Origin: Tubiluchus corallicola
Lineage: Eukaryota; Animalia; Priapulida
Reading direction: 5' to 3'
Assembly (NCBI GenBank): GCA_030141605.1
Contig: JAQGDQ010000152.1
Coordinates: forward strand, 124,001 to 188,000
DNA length: 64,000 bases
Positions 51,223-64,000 of the stretch are shown one piece after another (within the stretch, counting starts at the first letter, position 1; every line of letters starts with the position of its first letter). The position numbers and the translations under genes are program-made. The notes beneath the pieces are model-generated. The model worked only from the letters and a program-made list of their open reading frames with translations. It was not told where the DNA came from and ran no database searches.

Positions 51223-51576
51223 GAATAGTCTTAAGGATGCATTAGACAAACATAATTGCAGTTATGTTACAAAAAAATGTAGTGTAAATGTGGCAGGGGT
51301 TATAAAGTTTGACTAGGAAGAGATTCTCGTTCAATGATCGTTGTTGACTACAGCCGTTCATTTGCATGGCCTGTCTCAGTTTCGATTCTAGCCTTTATCA
51401 TTTAATTACAAACTTGCATCGACTTTATTTTACAAGTATAAAAAACTCCTTTTTTGGAAGGTGAAAGTTGCCTGGTTTAAAACCTCGATAAACAACCTTA
51501 ATAGACTAATTAATTAAGCTGGGAGCGTAGTAAATTAGTACATCCTACGTGCCTGGCTACCTGCGTGTGTTGCGCG

Positions 51577-51583
51577 TATAAAA
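51577..51583 (+). promoter_or_regulatory. TATA box of the TGF-beta ligand gene
   Basis: TATAAAA about 30 nt upstream of an Inr-like cacagtt and 55 nt upstream of the ATG at 51632. Confidence 0.6.
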
Positions 51584-51631
51584 GTGCGGGTCGAGACACA
51601 CAGGTGATCACAGTTATCTCACGCGCATCCA

Positions 51632-51923
51632 ATGATGAAGCAGGTAAACTTTTTCTTCTTCGCGGCATTCGGTTGCCTAGTTTTTCAAAAATTTTTAGCA
51701 GTTCGGGGGAGGCCTGCAACCTTAGACCCCGGCATGGAGGCATTTCAAGAGTTGATGTTGGACAAACTTGGTCTTAAAGAAGTACCAAGCGTGCATGTAG
51801 ACGGTCCACCCAACGAGTACATGGTTCAACTGACCAAAGCTTTGAATCGATACACTAGAGAGCGAAGCCAATTTCTTCCTAATGATAATCAGATATCGAT
51901 CACAAGTTATAAATCTCAAAACG
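51632..51923 (+). CDS. TGF-beta family ligand exon 1 (signal peptide and prodomain N-terminus)
   Basis: MMKQVNFFFFAAFGCLVFQKFLAVRG...FQELMLDKLGLKEVPSVHVDGPPNEYMVQL; gtaagt donor in phase 1. Confidence 0.82.
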
Positions 51924-52995
51924 GTAAGTTGATTTCCATTATAGTTTTTTCATTAATTCAAATTTTTGGTATTTTCAGACTAATAACTTGTCTTTTTCAA
52001 GAGCGTCAGATTAACTTGTGTTTGCAAGCTGTTCACTCGCTTTTTGGCAATTGTCCACTCTATTATAACTGTTTGTGATTTTCAACAAAACCTCAAACAA
52101 CGAGTAACGATTGATTTTATGTTTTTAAATGAAATTTAATCTTATTGTTGTTGTTATAGACCTTCCTGCTTCGAAACATGAGTTGATGTTCATAATATTA
52201 TCACGTCATATTCACTCAAAGCACCTGTTCTATCATTCTACTACGCATAATTTATTTTTGTTAAAACAATCGATTAAATTAAACACGTTTAACTATTCTA
52301 ATGCTTATAATTCTCGAGATTTTTTAGTAAAACAATATTATTTGTTAATATCATTGTAACTTCTGCATTTAATTTATATGAACAATTGTTAAATCGAACC
52401 GCGATTTCAAAGCACCTCTCAAGAATATGTCAAAATATATTTTTCAAGAACTATTTAATTTATATCTTAAGCACCAAAATTAGCTCCATTTTCCACAAAT
52501 GAAAAGAAAATGTACAGCTTGTCAGACCAATTTTTAGTGAGCCGCTGCCCTCAAAGTTTGTGCGTGTGTGAGCCTGGGGTTCGAATACCGATTTTTCATT
52601 TTTTCACTGTCCCTTTTTTCACCAAAATTGTTATATGAAGGTCTACGTGTATTTCGATTCTTATTTTCCAAACGAGGAATTAAGTTTGTCGTTAAAGTGA
52701 GATGTTTATGCTGGATTGTGGATTTTATGTTCTTAAAAAATAGATTTAGCTAAGTTGTTCTAATCGTAATTTTTTGATATTTTTGCATAAACAGCATTCT
52801 GCAATGTACTCGATATTGTAGCAGCAAACCAGCCGTTAATTGTTTAGATGTGTGTCATAATTTATTGAATCACTATTGTATTATAAACCTAAAAATGTGA
52901 CAACAACATAAAAAAGCAAGACAGATTAATAAATTATTACTGAAAGAGACTCAAACACGTTCATAGAAATACAGACATCATACACCTTTCTGATA

Positions 52996-53476
52996 CGTTA
53001 CCAAGATCAAAAAAAGTTTGAAAACTTCATTCCTAAATTCATATTAAAGATTAAGCTTGTATAGTACATGACGCATGTTCAGATTCTCAGTAAGTGACAG
53101 AATGGCCCATAGTTTACTTCTGTTCATAAATGTTGATATATTTTTGCAATGTCCGAATAGCAATCTCTTATTCATTCTCATTCACATCATTTCACTAACC
53201 TGATCCTACTAATTCTCATCTCCTGCACTCACCACTATCATTCTATCATTTTTACCTTCTCTTTCTTGCACTCTAACACCAGCACCATTAATTGTATTAT
53301 AGTCACACAAGTAATGCTTCTGACTATAATGCAAGCAACAATTTATATAGATATCATGCCATGTCAATTTCATTATGAAACCAATGTAACTAATTATGTT
53401 ATCATAATGTATATTGCTATATTGTATTGTTGTTTGGTGTTTTCGTTATAAAATTAAAAAAATAAAAATAAAAAAG
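52996..53476 (+). mobile_element. L2/Crack-type LINE 3' end, copy 2
   Basis: Highly similar to 33474-33960 along its whole length. Confidence 0.65.
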
Positions 53477-53825
53477 AATTAAATAATAGATTAAGAACTT
53501 AATTAACGGCGGGCGAGCACAACTATTGATGACATCACATACAAATATAATTTTCAACAGTAAAAATATTCCAGGGTGTTTGTACGTGTTCGCAAAAACA
53601 GAAAATTGAAGTACAGTGCTACTGTAAGATATTCAGTGTGTATTACTAAAACTAGGTAAGTTTTAAGATAAAATTTCAAATTTTAAATTTACCGCTAAGC
53701 TCACGCATGAGCTGTTGAACGTGTGTAGTTTCCTTACAAACTAACACATCTGAATTGAAACGTACAGCACCTGTTTTTTTGCATTGCGCTTCCGAAATAT
53801 AGGCGCTGGTGCCCGTCTTACTAAC
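53477..53825. mobile_element. Partial internal copy of TTAA MITE family A
   Basis: aattaaataatagattaa...ggcgggcgagc.caactattgatgacatcac... matches about 560-905 and about 53990-54335. Confidence 0.7.
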
Positions 53826-53892
53826 GGTCAGATTTTGCTAAAGTATTATAAGCTCCATTCCAGCAATAGTTAATTTATTATCCTTGGGTTTA

Positions 53893-54514
53893 TTAAAGGA
53901 AGACAGGACGATTTTTCATATACTACCCTTTTCAACTCCGATAAAAAGTAGACATTTTAACACAATTAGTACTGCAAAAGAGTTTCTGATAATTAAATAA
54001 TAGATTAAAAACTTAATTAACGACGGGCGAGCCCAACTATTGATGACATGGCAAACTAACATAATTTTCAACAGCAAAAATATTTCACGAGCGAGTTGCA
54101 TGTGTTTGCGAAAGTGCAAATTGATGTACAATGCTACTGTAAGAGATTCAGTGTGCTGTTCTAAAACTAAAAAGTTTTAAGATAGAAATTCAAATTTCAA
54201 ACATACCACTGTGCTCATGCATGAGCTGTCGAACGTGTGTAGTTCGTCACAAACTAACGCATCTAAACTGAAAGGTACAGCACCTGTTTTTTGTGCAATG
54301 CATTTCCGAAATGCAGGCGCTAGTCCCCATCTAACTAGCGAATGGCGAAATGCATGTAATAGCGAAGAACTAGTGGCGCGAACGCAAAATTGTGTTTGTG
54401 TGATAATAATTCTTTCACGTAAGTCATTTTTGAAAAAAATAGTATGTTTCCTATCAATATTTTAAAGAGTAGATTGTTTTGACCAGTTTGAGATCGGCTC
54501 CGCTTTTGCTTTAA
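53893..54514. mobile_element. TTAA MITE family A, full-length copy 2
   Basis: ttaaaggaagacagga ... ccgcttttgctttaa; colinear with 458-1083. Confidence 0.75.
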
Positions 54515-56120
54515 CACTTGGTTATCGGACCTTTTCTCTTTCACACGAGAATTCATTGGGAGATTCCTGGAACGATTCTGTCTTTAAACTACCTTGAACG
54601 AAACTTGACACAGCAAGTAAACGTACGACGAAACATTCCCATGCCAAGGGCTTGACCCTAAGTCAAGGCATAATTATTATGACTTGCATATCCTACCACG
54701 GACATAGACGGTGTAACGTACACAATAATGTAGAAGAGAATTTATTATACAATTTAAGTCAAAACAGAGAAGTTTGAGTGACGCCCTTGGAAGGTGAAAT
54801 GGGTGCATGACGCTGTTGGAAGGACAGTTGGAGGGTAAAACTTGGTGGAATTAAATCAGTTATAGCAGGGCAAGAGAATTACGCGTAAAATTTGTCGCAT
54901 GACATTATCGGTATTTAAAGGAAAGACCAAACATTCTGCAAAGTTAGATTTATGTCAATGTATGCAAAAATGTTACAATGATTTAGTCATAAAAGTGAGT
55001 AATTAGTAAAATCACTTTCGCGGTAATTTCGCTCTTGTACGCTCCTATTTTTAACTCTTATTCTTCTACCACTGTATGAAAAATAGTCAATTTCTCTCTA
55101 AAAAATATTCAAACTTTTTACAAAAAATTAGATAGTTTATTTTGTGATATGTTTACACGAATATTACGTAACCTGCAGAAGTTTGAATTAATTTAACCAG
55201 TGCGTTGTTACGGAAAAGCTACGATGCGCTTACGAAAACTCACGAGGTCCACCAGTTACGTCATAATTTTCAAATGGCTGCTAACAATTGGTCTGAAAAC
55301 ATTACATACAGCGGTAACATATTTTTTGTTTAAACATATTTATTTAAATATACGTAATTATCAGGAGCAAGCTGCTTAACTCAAGATTAGTATAAACTGA
55401 CTTTATGCTTTATTGACTTTATTGATTTTAGACGACTTTGATTGATTATATGATTTTATTGACTTTAGACGCTTTATAGACGTTTTTTCTCAAATTCCTT
55501 TGTAATTAACCCAACATGCTAAGTGACTTGCCTTTTCTTTTAAAGAGAATATTACAAATAATAATCTGATATAAGTGAAGAACAACAACTTGTTGAATAC
55601 AAGACTAATTAACTGACTGACCAATTATATAACCCAGTACGACTTATTTAATGCAATCAGGAATCCAGCACTCGATGGCAGAGCCAGTCTTATGTGGCAA
55701 GACCAGAATCTAAAGAGTTATTCGTTGATTAGCCGATCAAAAGCATGTTAAAATTACATTTTAAAGCAGTTTGGTGTTCTGCAAGCTTCTACGCTTCATT
55801 ACGGGACACATTTATGGTGGGCAATACTGCCCATAGTAGCACTTGGCTATCTATCGGGAACGCTCTTCTTAAATGAGATGCTAAATCAACAGTGGTGAAC
55901 GTGTCACTTCAAATTCTACGCATCCTCTTCACCAAATGAAATAACGGAAGCAGTGTGACAGATGAAGCCACCCAGAAGCAGTCTCCCTGTGGCCACCCAT
56001 CCAACTACATGTTTTTTCTCATTATATAATCAGTATTTCATAACTTAATTGATTATGGCTGTACTGTCTGATTCGCATAGTACAAAAATTTTCACAAGCT
56101 TAAAATAAGAAAAACAAAAG

Positions 56121-56270
56121 TTCTCTCTCTCCCTTCTCTCTTTCTTTCTCTCTATCTCTCTTCCCCTCTCTTTCTCTCTGTCTCTCTTTCTCCCTCTCTT
56201 TCTTTCTCTCTATCTCTCTTTTTAATATCTCTCTCTCTCTTTCTCTCTCTCCCCCTCTCTCTCTCTCTTG
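56121..56270. repeat. CT-rich low-complexity tract
   Basis: Directly visible. Confidence 0.85.
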
Positions 56271-57107
56271 CTGTATGTCGCTGTATGTTTCTACATTGCG
56301 TTTCTTTTAAAAAATTATATATTTTGCAATTTACAGTGTGGTGCAATTCAACGCTGTACTTGTAATGATAATTTAACATAATTTATATATTTTCATTCTG
56401 GATTACCCAATTTTTCAGTCGATTTTCCGATCACTTTTGATGTTTGCAAAATAAATTAGCGGTCTTTTTTCGTGCTTATTTGGTCTTCTTGCTTTGTTGT
56501 TGTTTTTTTAGCTGACAAATATCCTAAGAAAAGTTTTTTGCACCCTGTCGAAATGTTTAAGTTTGTACTTTTCTGAAAAATCACCAGAGCAAAACAAAAT
56601 TGCTAAGGTCCGCCGGTTGTAGAGTGTGGCACCGGGTTAAAATGTGAAATGTTCCACCTCATCTGCGTTCAACGTTGTTCTTATCAAGGCACTTAATTTA
56701 AGGCTAAAACTAGGGAATTAAAATACTGTCAGCCAGGCACTCCTCATACAGAGAGGTAATCAATCATTACAATTATTATATGGTCAATATTTTAATAATA
56801 ATAAGCACATCTTCATGAAAATTCCCCAGGTAGGTATAAAGCAAAAACATCGTTTGGAGAAAGTTAGTGCGCCGCAAACACGTGAAACACGGTCGACGTT
56901 TGGAACAGTGCCAATTTGTTGTTTTGTGTTGTAGAAAGTTGGAACAATGCCAAGTTCTAGTAAAAGGAAAAACCAACCCTCGAACGACTTTATCACAACA
57001 CAATCCATGCGTATAAATGTTTTGCTTAAAATTGTTAAAGAAATCTAAATCTCCCGCCAAACCAGCATGGCTTTTTTTTTAAAAAATGACGTTTTGCTGG
57101 TGTTTGT

Positions 57108-57221
57108 TGGGCAGTATGAATGCCGTGAAGGCAAGCTGTAGTGCTGGGCAGTATGAATGCCGTGAAAGCAAGCTGTAGTGATGGGCAGCATGAATGCCGT
57201 GAAGGCAAGCTGTAGTGATGG
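57108..57221. repeat. 37-bp tandem repeat x3
   Basis: tgggcagtatgaatgccgtgaaggcaagctgtagtg(c/a). Confidence 0.9.
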
Positions 57222-57404
57222 TACGCGTTGGAAGATCTCTACAGTTCACTCAGAACTTTCGTTGTTCTAGCGTTGTGTTTAACTGTGTTTATGTAAAAGT
57301 TTGTCAGTGGATCAATTACGAAAACTTTTAAAGTGGTTACATAGCTTTAATCCACAGTACTTCAAAATTATCTAATACATACATTTGTACCTTTCTCTTT
57401 GCAG

Positions 57405-58183
57405 GGAATGATTCACATAGAAAACTTAGGTTTTCTATTGCAATGGATGAACATTTACTAGCAAAGCTTCATGCCACAGAATTGGTGCTGTCTGTTCCAT
57501 CGTTAGAAACGACAGAAGAAATGTACGAAATCAGCATCAATGGCCGCACCGTTTACGTAGCAGCCGAGCGAAGAGACGAAACCTTCCTCGCGTTTTCATT
57601 GACCAGCGCCATCAAACGGGAAATCGCAACACAAACCGAAAAAGGTCAAATGCGGTTAACAATCAAATTGAAACACGTGAACCACGAGCTGTACACTAAG
57701 CCTCCTAGCGGCAGCAACAGGAGTTGGTTCGAGCCAATACTGGTGTTTTATTTCAACATCAGACCTCAAGACATTGCAGACTTCTACACGAGTTCGGCAG
57801 ACGACGACGAATCAACGTCACATAAAGTCACAAAGAGACAAAGTGGACCTGCCGTGTGTGCACTGCACTCATGGACAGTAAACTTTGCTGACATTGGCTG
57901 GGATTTCATCTCAGAGCCAACTTCTGTAGAAGCCAATTTCTGCAACGGCGATTGTCCAGCTGAGGCAATACACTCGGATCCTTATTTCAACAGTACCACT
58001 AACGCATTTTTTCGCTCCATGTACAGAATGCGACAGGGTGACACAGCAGCCAGATTCTTGCCCAGACCGACCTGTGGCGTGTCGGGTTACAGCCCAATAT
58101 CTGTCCTGTATGTTGATTCTGATGGTAATTCGAAAGTTCAGATGGTGCTAAATGCCGTAGCTCGAAATTGTGGGTGTATTTAA
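57405..58183 (+). CDS. TGF-beta family ligand exon 2 (rest of prodomain and mature cystine-knot domain)
   Basis: ctttctctttgcag acceptor in phase 1, in frame with ORF 57443-58183; EPILVFY prodomain end; CALHSWTVNFADIGWD...FCNGDCP...PRPTC...NCGCI*. Confidence 0.93.
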
Positions 58184-59529
58184 CGGACCTGAAGATTTAA
58201 ATTCAGATTGACCATTGGTCACAATGAGCGAATACATGTCAATTAATCACTGACAAAATGTGGCTGGTTTTTGAGAGGACTGAATGGATTGAATGATTCG
58301 ATAATCATCTTTTTTGTGTTCTCAGATTAATAAGGACCTCTTGTACATCTTACATGTATCCGATGTTCATTTTGGTGGAACAATCGTGGAAAATATACAG
58401 TAGGCGAGTTATATGAATTGTTTCAAAGCAACTCAGTGAACTTTTACAGTATTTCGTAAGGACATTGCCGAGACACAAGAAGTGAAACGTTCTCTTAAAT
58501 AATTTTGCACTGATCAGTGCATCAACCTAAAAATACGAGACACATGGTATGGGAATAAAACTTGTCTTTACGACTCGAACGTGTGCGTTTAAACTTGATA
58601 AGATCTTTTTCTGGTATAAAACTGTTCACCCCAAACAATATCTTTGGACAATGGTCAAGTGCGAATTAACCTGCAGGGAAATCGACGAAAAGCAAAAAAG
58701 GCCGTTACGATGACCACCAGTAATAAGAGAGGAGATGTCTTCTGGTTTCAAGATGTCAGGTCATGAAACATTCGTCAAATCATCGAATGATGGGATCAGT
58801 AGAGAGAAGGCAACACCTTCTGGACAAAAGATTTATAATATCAGTGTCCACTCAGTGAACACGAGTGATGGACACGCTGCCAAATCACAAATTTCGGCAA
58901 TTATATTTATAGAACTATGATAATCCAGAACTTCTGCTTGATTTGAACTGATCTCTTAATACAACCAAACGTATGAAAGGATATGTATCATGACATACCT
59001 ACGCAAGCCCTCATAGATTTAATAGTGAACTCATAAGGTTGTAATTAACCACTACTACGGATTGATGTCGTGGGCTTGGACTGTCCTGAATTAATAAATA
59101 AAAGTTAATTAAAAAATTTATTTATTCTTGAAAAAGTCAGAATAATATTACGAAGTTGTGAAATTTTATAAAACTAATTTGCAATTTTTTTTTCCTGACT
59201 TTGCTGCACACCGTCTCTGTGAGAACTTTCATGAACTTTTTCAACGACTTTGTCTGATTTCTGATACTAACTCCTAGCAGCTAAACACCTCATGCCTATC
59301 AGGGCATAACTACACACAGTTATTGCAGTTCTAGGTAATTTATTTATTCATACTTGCATTTTACTGCTGTCGTAAATGGTCCTCATGGTACCCAGTTTTA
59401 ATTCTTACACCAAAATTTAATAAACAATTAAAGCTAACCTGTTAAAGTTTCTCTAAGACTGTAAGAGCTTAGAAAGTGCTCGACGCATCTTAATGTTTGT
59501 TTTCTTTAATCTACTAACAGAGTGCTGAG

Positions 59530-60061
59530 CAGAGCCGTCTTAACAGCAGCATAGGCCCCCGGGCAAAGCAGTACACAGGGGCTCTTACGTACACAACAAT
59601 TCACACGAATTTAAATGTAAACAGTCGATAAAATTAAATATATATTTATTGTATTGGTGTGTACTTCCAACAAAATTAGTGCTTAAACATTTGGGTCTTT
59701 AGATTGTCATTTTCTACATGAGTGAAAGCCAGTTACAAATACTACTGCCCCATTCTCCTAGAAGCTGATTTTTTTTACAAATTTCAGTCTTAAAAATGAA
59801 CGTCCTCTTGCAAAGTTGGTCACCATCATGCGCACGAACACTCTGAGTGCTATTTCAACATTCGAAAACAGATTTCAAGTTGTCCCAAATTATTTTTCTT
59901 ACAATGCAGGGAGAATCTCACAAATATAATTTATATTTAGTACAGCGTGGTATTTATTTATTGACATTAAGTCGCAACATACATAGATTAGCATGGGGCG
60001 TCCTGTACTCGTGGGGCCCCCCGGGCAACCGTCCAGCGTGCCATACATTAAGACGGTCCTA
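59530..60061. mobile_element. hAT-like MITE
   Basis: TIRs CAGAGCCGTCTTAA ... TTAAGACGGTCCTA with GGCCCCCGGGCAA subterminal motifs at both ends; no clear TSD. Confidence 0.6.
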
Positions 60062-62697
60062 CCGGTCAGCAAATAAAAATACATCAAGAATTATATCTAA
60101 TTATAGTTTTAATAAGACTATTAAGGTCGACTTAATATGGCTAATTAAAATCTTGATATGTATTTGAACATTTTTTCTACTGTTAATTGTTATTTTGACC
60201 CAGGGCAGCAAACAGTATTGTGTAAAATCTACTTTAGTCAGCCATTACGTCTTTTCTCTACATTATTTTCGTCTTCTCACCATCCGTCCAGCAAGCACTA
60301 CGTAATAATTATTTACTGTAATTGTGTTTACAAGAGAGTTAAGTGTAGTGATTTGTAACTGTACGTTAATCGTAAGTTAGTATAGTAGTTTTTGTGTCAA
60401 TTCTTTAGCATTAGATAAACGATAGTGTAGCTAAGCTTGTAATTAGGCCTATTACTACCAAGAAAATTGTACGAAAATTGTATCGTTGTTTTAGTTGTGT
60501 CACAAGAACTGAAATAGAAATTTGTGGTTTAAATATAGTCACGTATAGGACTCTATTCTGTACATCAGCATAATTTACTTTATTGCTTTGTTTAGTTATA
60601 TATACAGCAACAGTTAATGTAAACTAAATGACTTGCTTGTGAAATTGTGCAAAGACGTTATGAAATAGTAAATAGAGATTTATCGGGACATCAAATAGCA
60701 AATCTGCAAAATATTTTAGACCTCCAAGTTGACTTCCAACCAAAACAATTGATGTTGTACCTCATACTGCACAGGTATAACGTACTCGTCTATCTAGATG
60801 CCACATGTGAACACTTTAAAAGTTGTCCGTCTATAACTTCCTTGCCGCAAAAACTACTGATCCATACTACTATGGTACTAAAAGCTGCATATGCATACTA
60901 CTTATTACTATATCATTAGCCACGCTTTAGTTTAATTAATGGTATTGTATAGACTGTTGTGCTTTTGTTAACTGTTGTACTTTTGTTAACTGTTGTACTG
61001 TTAATTAACTGTTGTACTTTTCACAAAATTCCAGCTAACAATTGTATAGCATTTGCTACAGAAGTCATTTACTCATTTTCCTAAAAGCTAAAGATTCGTA
61101 GTACTTATTAGTTATTCCCAAAATTTTTTAGTTATAAAGACAAGCTATTAAGAAAAAGTGGAAAAGTAAATTTGGAAATAAATGTACTTGTATTTTTTCT
61201 TAATTCTTTCTACCACGTGTCATTTTTCAATGTACTTGCTCAGAGTACTTGCTATTGCTAATTTTAATGCACTCTAACACGTATCGATTATGCTGAGTCT
61301 TAAATCAATGTAAAAATAATGACATTAAGCTGAAACAACAAGCCTAAGTAATGTAATCTTTGTGTTTCCTATTTTTACTATCCTGACCAGTGTTTTTGCA
61401 ATATTATGTATTAGATAGAGGTGTAGGCTATGTACTCTTTTGTTAGCTATTGCTACGTTTAACGCTCTGCGCACGTTTATATTCTGTCCTAAACTTAGAA
61501 AAAGATCAAACACAAGAATTCAGCCTATGTAACAAACGCGTCATTCGTTTGTTTTCTTTCTATCATGCTTGGCACTGTTAATGACGTTTTTGATCAAACC
61601 ATTATTTTGCTACTTGTAATTTTTTAAGCAAAAGTTCTAGAATAGTTTCAGTCTTAAATTGTGAAAAATTGTAATATATGTTCTTATTTTAATATATCTA
61701 AATGTCTGTAAGGAGCTAACGCCGACTGTCTGTTTTTTTCTTGTCGTTATTAACCTTCAGTTGCAAAGCGTCCAATTTTCACAGCGTGATTATGCGTGGC
61801 GAAGTTGTGACGAAAAACAATTTCGCTGATTGCTACTAGGTGGCAGATCAGGCCACAAATTTGAGATAGTATACGCAGCAGTATAGAAGCACTCAACTCC
61901 GTCAACATTGGCGTCAGAAAGAAAGTCAAAGTGTTTTGATTCAATGGACATGTCACAACAAGTTTTTTGTCGTTTGTTGTTTCGCACTGGTAACAGAAAA
62001 ATCGGTTGCTTCAATAATTATGCTTGTTCAAAGGAACAGACAGACACATAAACAAAATGACACACACTCAAAGCTGATGGTAATCTAAACATCAACTTTA
62101 AAGTTGCTATTGAACATTTATTGGCAGTTTTGTTCAATTACCGATTATTGCGACCACTCGAGTTTTTGTCCTCAATCCAAACTTTGTTCAAGTTTGATAA
62201 GAACTTGCAGAATTACCACTACATAACACTACCAACAGAAAACTTTTGCAGAGGGTTGTTAATGTGAACGTGTGAATGTTAACGTTCTCCAGAGTAAAAC
62301 GCATGAACGTTTGAGCACAAGTTACTAAAGTTAATAAAGTAACAGAACAACAAGAAAAATTAAAATAAGTAATAGGAAAGAAAAGAAGTAATAGGCCTGC
62401 ATCCACTGACGTTTTTTATGTGCACTATTTTTGCTGTTACATAGATTGTTGAATTTAATGAAAAGCAAAACAAGATAAAAGAAGATGCAAAGGTTTCCGT
62501 AATTAACACACACAGATATTGGACAAAGAATGAATTGTGTTGAAGTAACATAAGTTTAATTTTTCTGTCATTTGGTTTTGTTCCACACGATCTGTAAGTT
62601 TATAATTTAGTATTTGTCTTGTTTGCTTGTTATAATGTCGATTTTTGTATTTTTTACTCTGTATTTTTATTTAGGTGGGTTGTTGCTTGATCCATGA

Positions 62698-63490
62698 CAT
62701 AGGGCATGTCGAAATGTTGCATAGTGCATGTCGAAATGTTGCATAGTGCATGTCGAAATGTTGCATAGGGCATGTCGAAATGTTGCATAGGGCATGTCGA
62801 AATGTTGCATAGTGCATGTCGAAATGTTGCATAGTGCATGTCGAAATGTTGCATAGGGCATGTCGAAATGTTGCATAGTGCATGTCGAAATGTTGCATAG
62901 GGCATGTCGAAATGTTGCGTAGGGCATGTCGAAATGTTGCATAGTGCATGTCGAAATGTTGCATAGGGCATGTCGAAATGTTGCATAGTGCATGTCGAAA
63001 TGTTGCGTAGGGCATGTCGAAATGTTGCATAGTGCATGTCGAAATGTTGCATAGGGCATGTCGAAATGTTGCATAGTGCATGTCGAAATGTTGCATAGTG
63101 CATGTCGAAATGTTGCATAGGGCATGTCGAAATGTTGCATAGTGCATGTCGAAATGTTGCGTAGGGCATGTCGAAATGTTGCATAGGGCCTGTCGAAATG
63201 TTGCGTAGGGCATGTCGAAATGTTGCATAGTGCATGTCGAAATGTTGCATAGGGCATGTCGAAATGTTGCATAGGGCATGTCGAAATGTTGCATAGTGCA
63301 TGTCGAAATGTTGCATAGGGCATGTCGAAATGTTGCATAGGGCATGTCGAAATGTTGCATAGTGCATGTCGAAATGTTGCATAGGGCATGTCGAAATGTT
63401 GCATAGGGCATGTCGAAATGTTGCATAGTGCATGTCGAAATGTTGCATAGTGCATGTCGAAATGTTGCATAGTGCATGTCGAAATGTTGC
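62698..63490. repeat. 22-bp minisatellite x36
   Basis: catag(g/t)gcatgtcgaaatgttg with no spacers; source of the three repetitive minus-strand ORFs at 62654-63546. Confidence 0.97.
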
Positions 63491-63602
63491 AGATGTTGTG
63501 TCTGAATAAAACTCATGTCTTTACTTAGGTTGGTGCTGGCAATCATTTTTATATTAAGAATTGGTTTTCCTCAACGCCAATCAGTAAAAAAGATATATTA
63601 AG

Positions 63603-64000
63603 TTAAAGGACAGGAAAATGGGTACCTATTGTGTTTCAGAAATATCGCCTTAAGAAATTATATTACTTTACAGTAATTTTGTGCGTATATCGTACTCTCG
63701 TTAAAGGGAATTTTTGTTTGTCTTCATTTTAAATCTCCCGCAATAATGTCACTAAAACACGTAAATCAAGGGAAGAAAAGGAGTGTTAAATTATGTTCCA
63801 AAAAATTTTCCATACAAATCTGTATTACTTCGCATTTCCCTTACCTGTTGGAAAGACTTGTGTAACTAGAAATAATATTTAAAATGTTTGTGCCAATTAG
63901 TAAAATGTCGCTGACTCACTCTCCAGGGTGCGCCACTCACTAACCAAAAACGTATTTTTAATCTTATTGACAAAATACAGTAATTTAAAATTTTACTAAA
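63603..64000. mobile_element. TTAA MITE family B, copy 2 (cut by window end)
   Basis: ttaaaggacaggaaaatggg start; gacttgtgtaact...taaaatgtcgctgactcac...tttttaatcttattgacaa shared with 28416-28955. Confidence 0.7.

Larger units (their letters stand above)
51632..58183 (+). other. TGF-beta superfamily ligand gene (BMP/GDF type, six-cysteine, GDF9/BMP15-like motifs), 2 coding exons, 356 aa
   Basis: Signal-peptide-like N-terminus, prodomain LLxxLGL-type helix (MLDKLGLKEVP) and PxxYM motif, phase-1 intron 51924-57404, dibasic KR site, C-terminal cystine knot ending CGCI. Confidence 0.9.

Noticed and set aside
61750-62014. Minus-strand ORFs as an exon of a neighbouring gene
   Set aside because: No recognisable homology or convincing splice boundaries.
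62654-63546. Three long minus-strand ORFs (264-291 aa) and a CRISPR-like appearance
   Set aside because: Pure 22-bp tandem repeat with no unique spacers and no cas genes; the ORFs exist only because the unit lacks minus-strand stops.

Overview
AT-rich, intron-rich animal genomic DNA, most likely from an invertebrate (species not determinable from the sequence). Three plus-strand protein-coding genes can be rebuilt from GT-AG boundaries with consistent reading frames. (1) The last six exons of phosphatidylserine synthase 2 (PTDSS2, 217-9434). (2) A complete Nuclear Factor I gene (NFI/CTF, about 15 coding exons, 13805-41832, about 800 aa, with a polyQ tract and a Pro/Ser/Thr-rich tail). (3) A two-exon TGF-beta superfamily ligand (51632-58183, 356 aa) whose mature domain has only six cysteines: it lacks the inter-chain dimerisation Cys and shows GDF9/BMP15-like motifs. 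Introns and spacers carry a 5'-truncated RTE-clade LINE with a 9-bp TSD, CR1 and L2-type LINE 3' ends, several MITE families (TTAA/Kolobok-T2-like, pogo/Tigger-like, hAT-like, Harbinger-derived) and many mini- and microsatellites. The most notable observations are the six-cysteine ligand; a TTAA MITE inserted exactly into an NFI splice acceptor, replacing its polypyrimidine tract and creating a candidate poison micro-exon; and a 43-bp minisatellite that repeats another NFI intron-exon junction. No rRNA, intact tRNA or CRISPR array was found. Everything was read by eye; no database searches were run.
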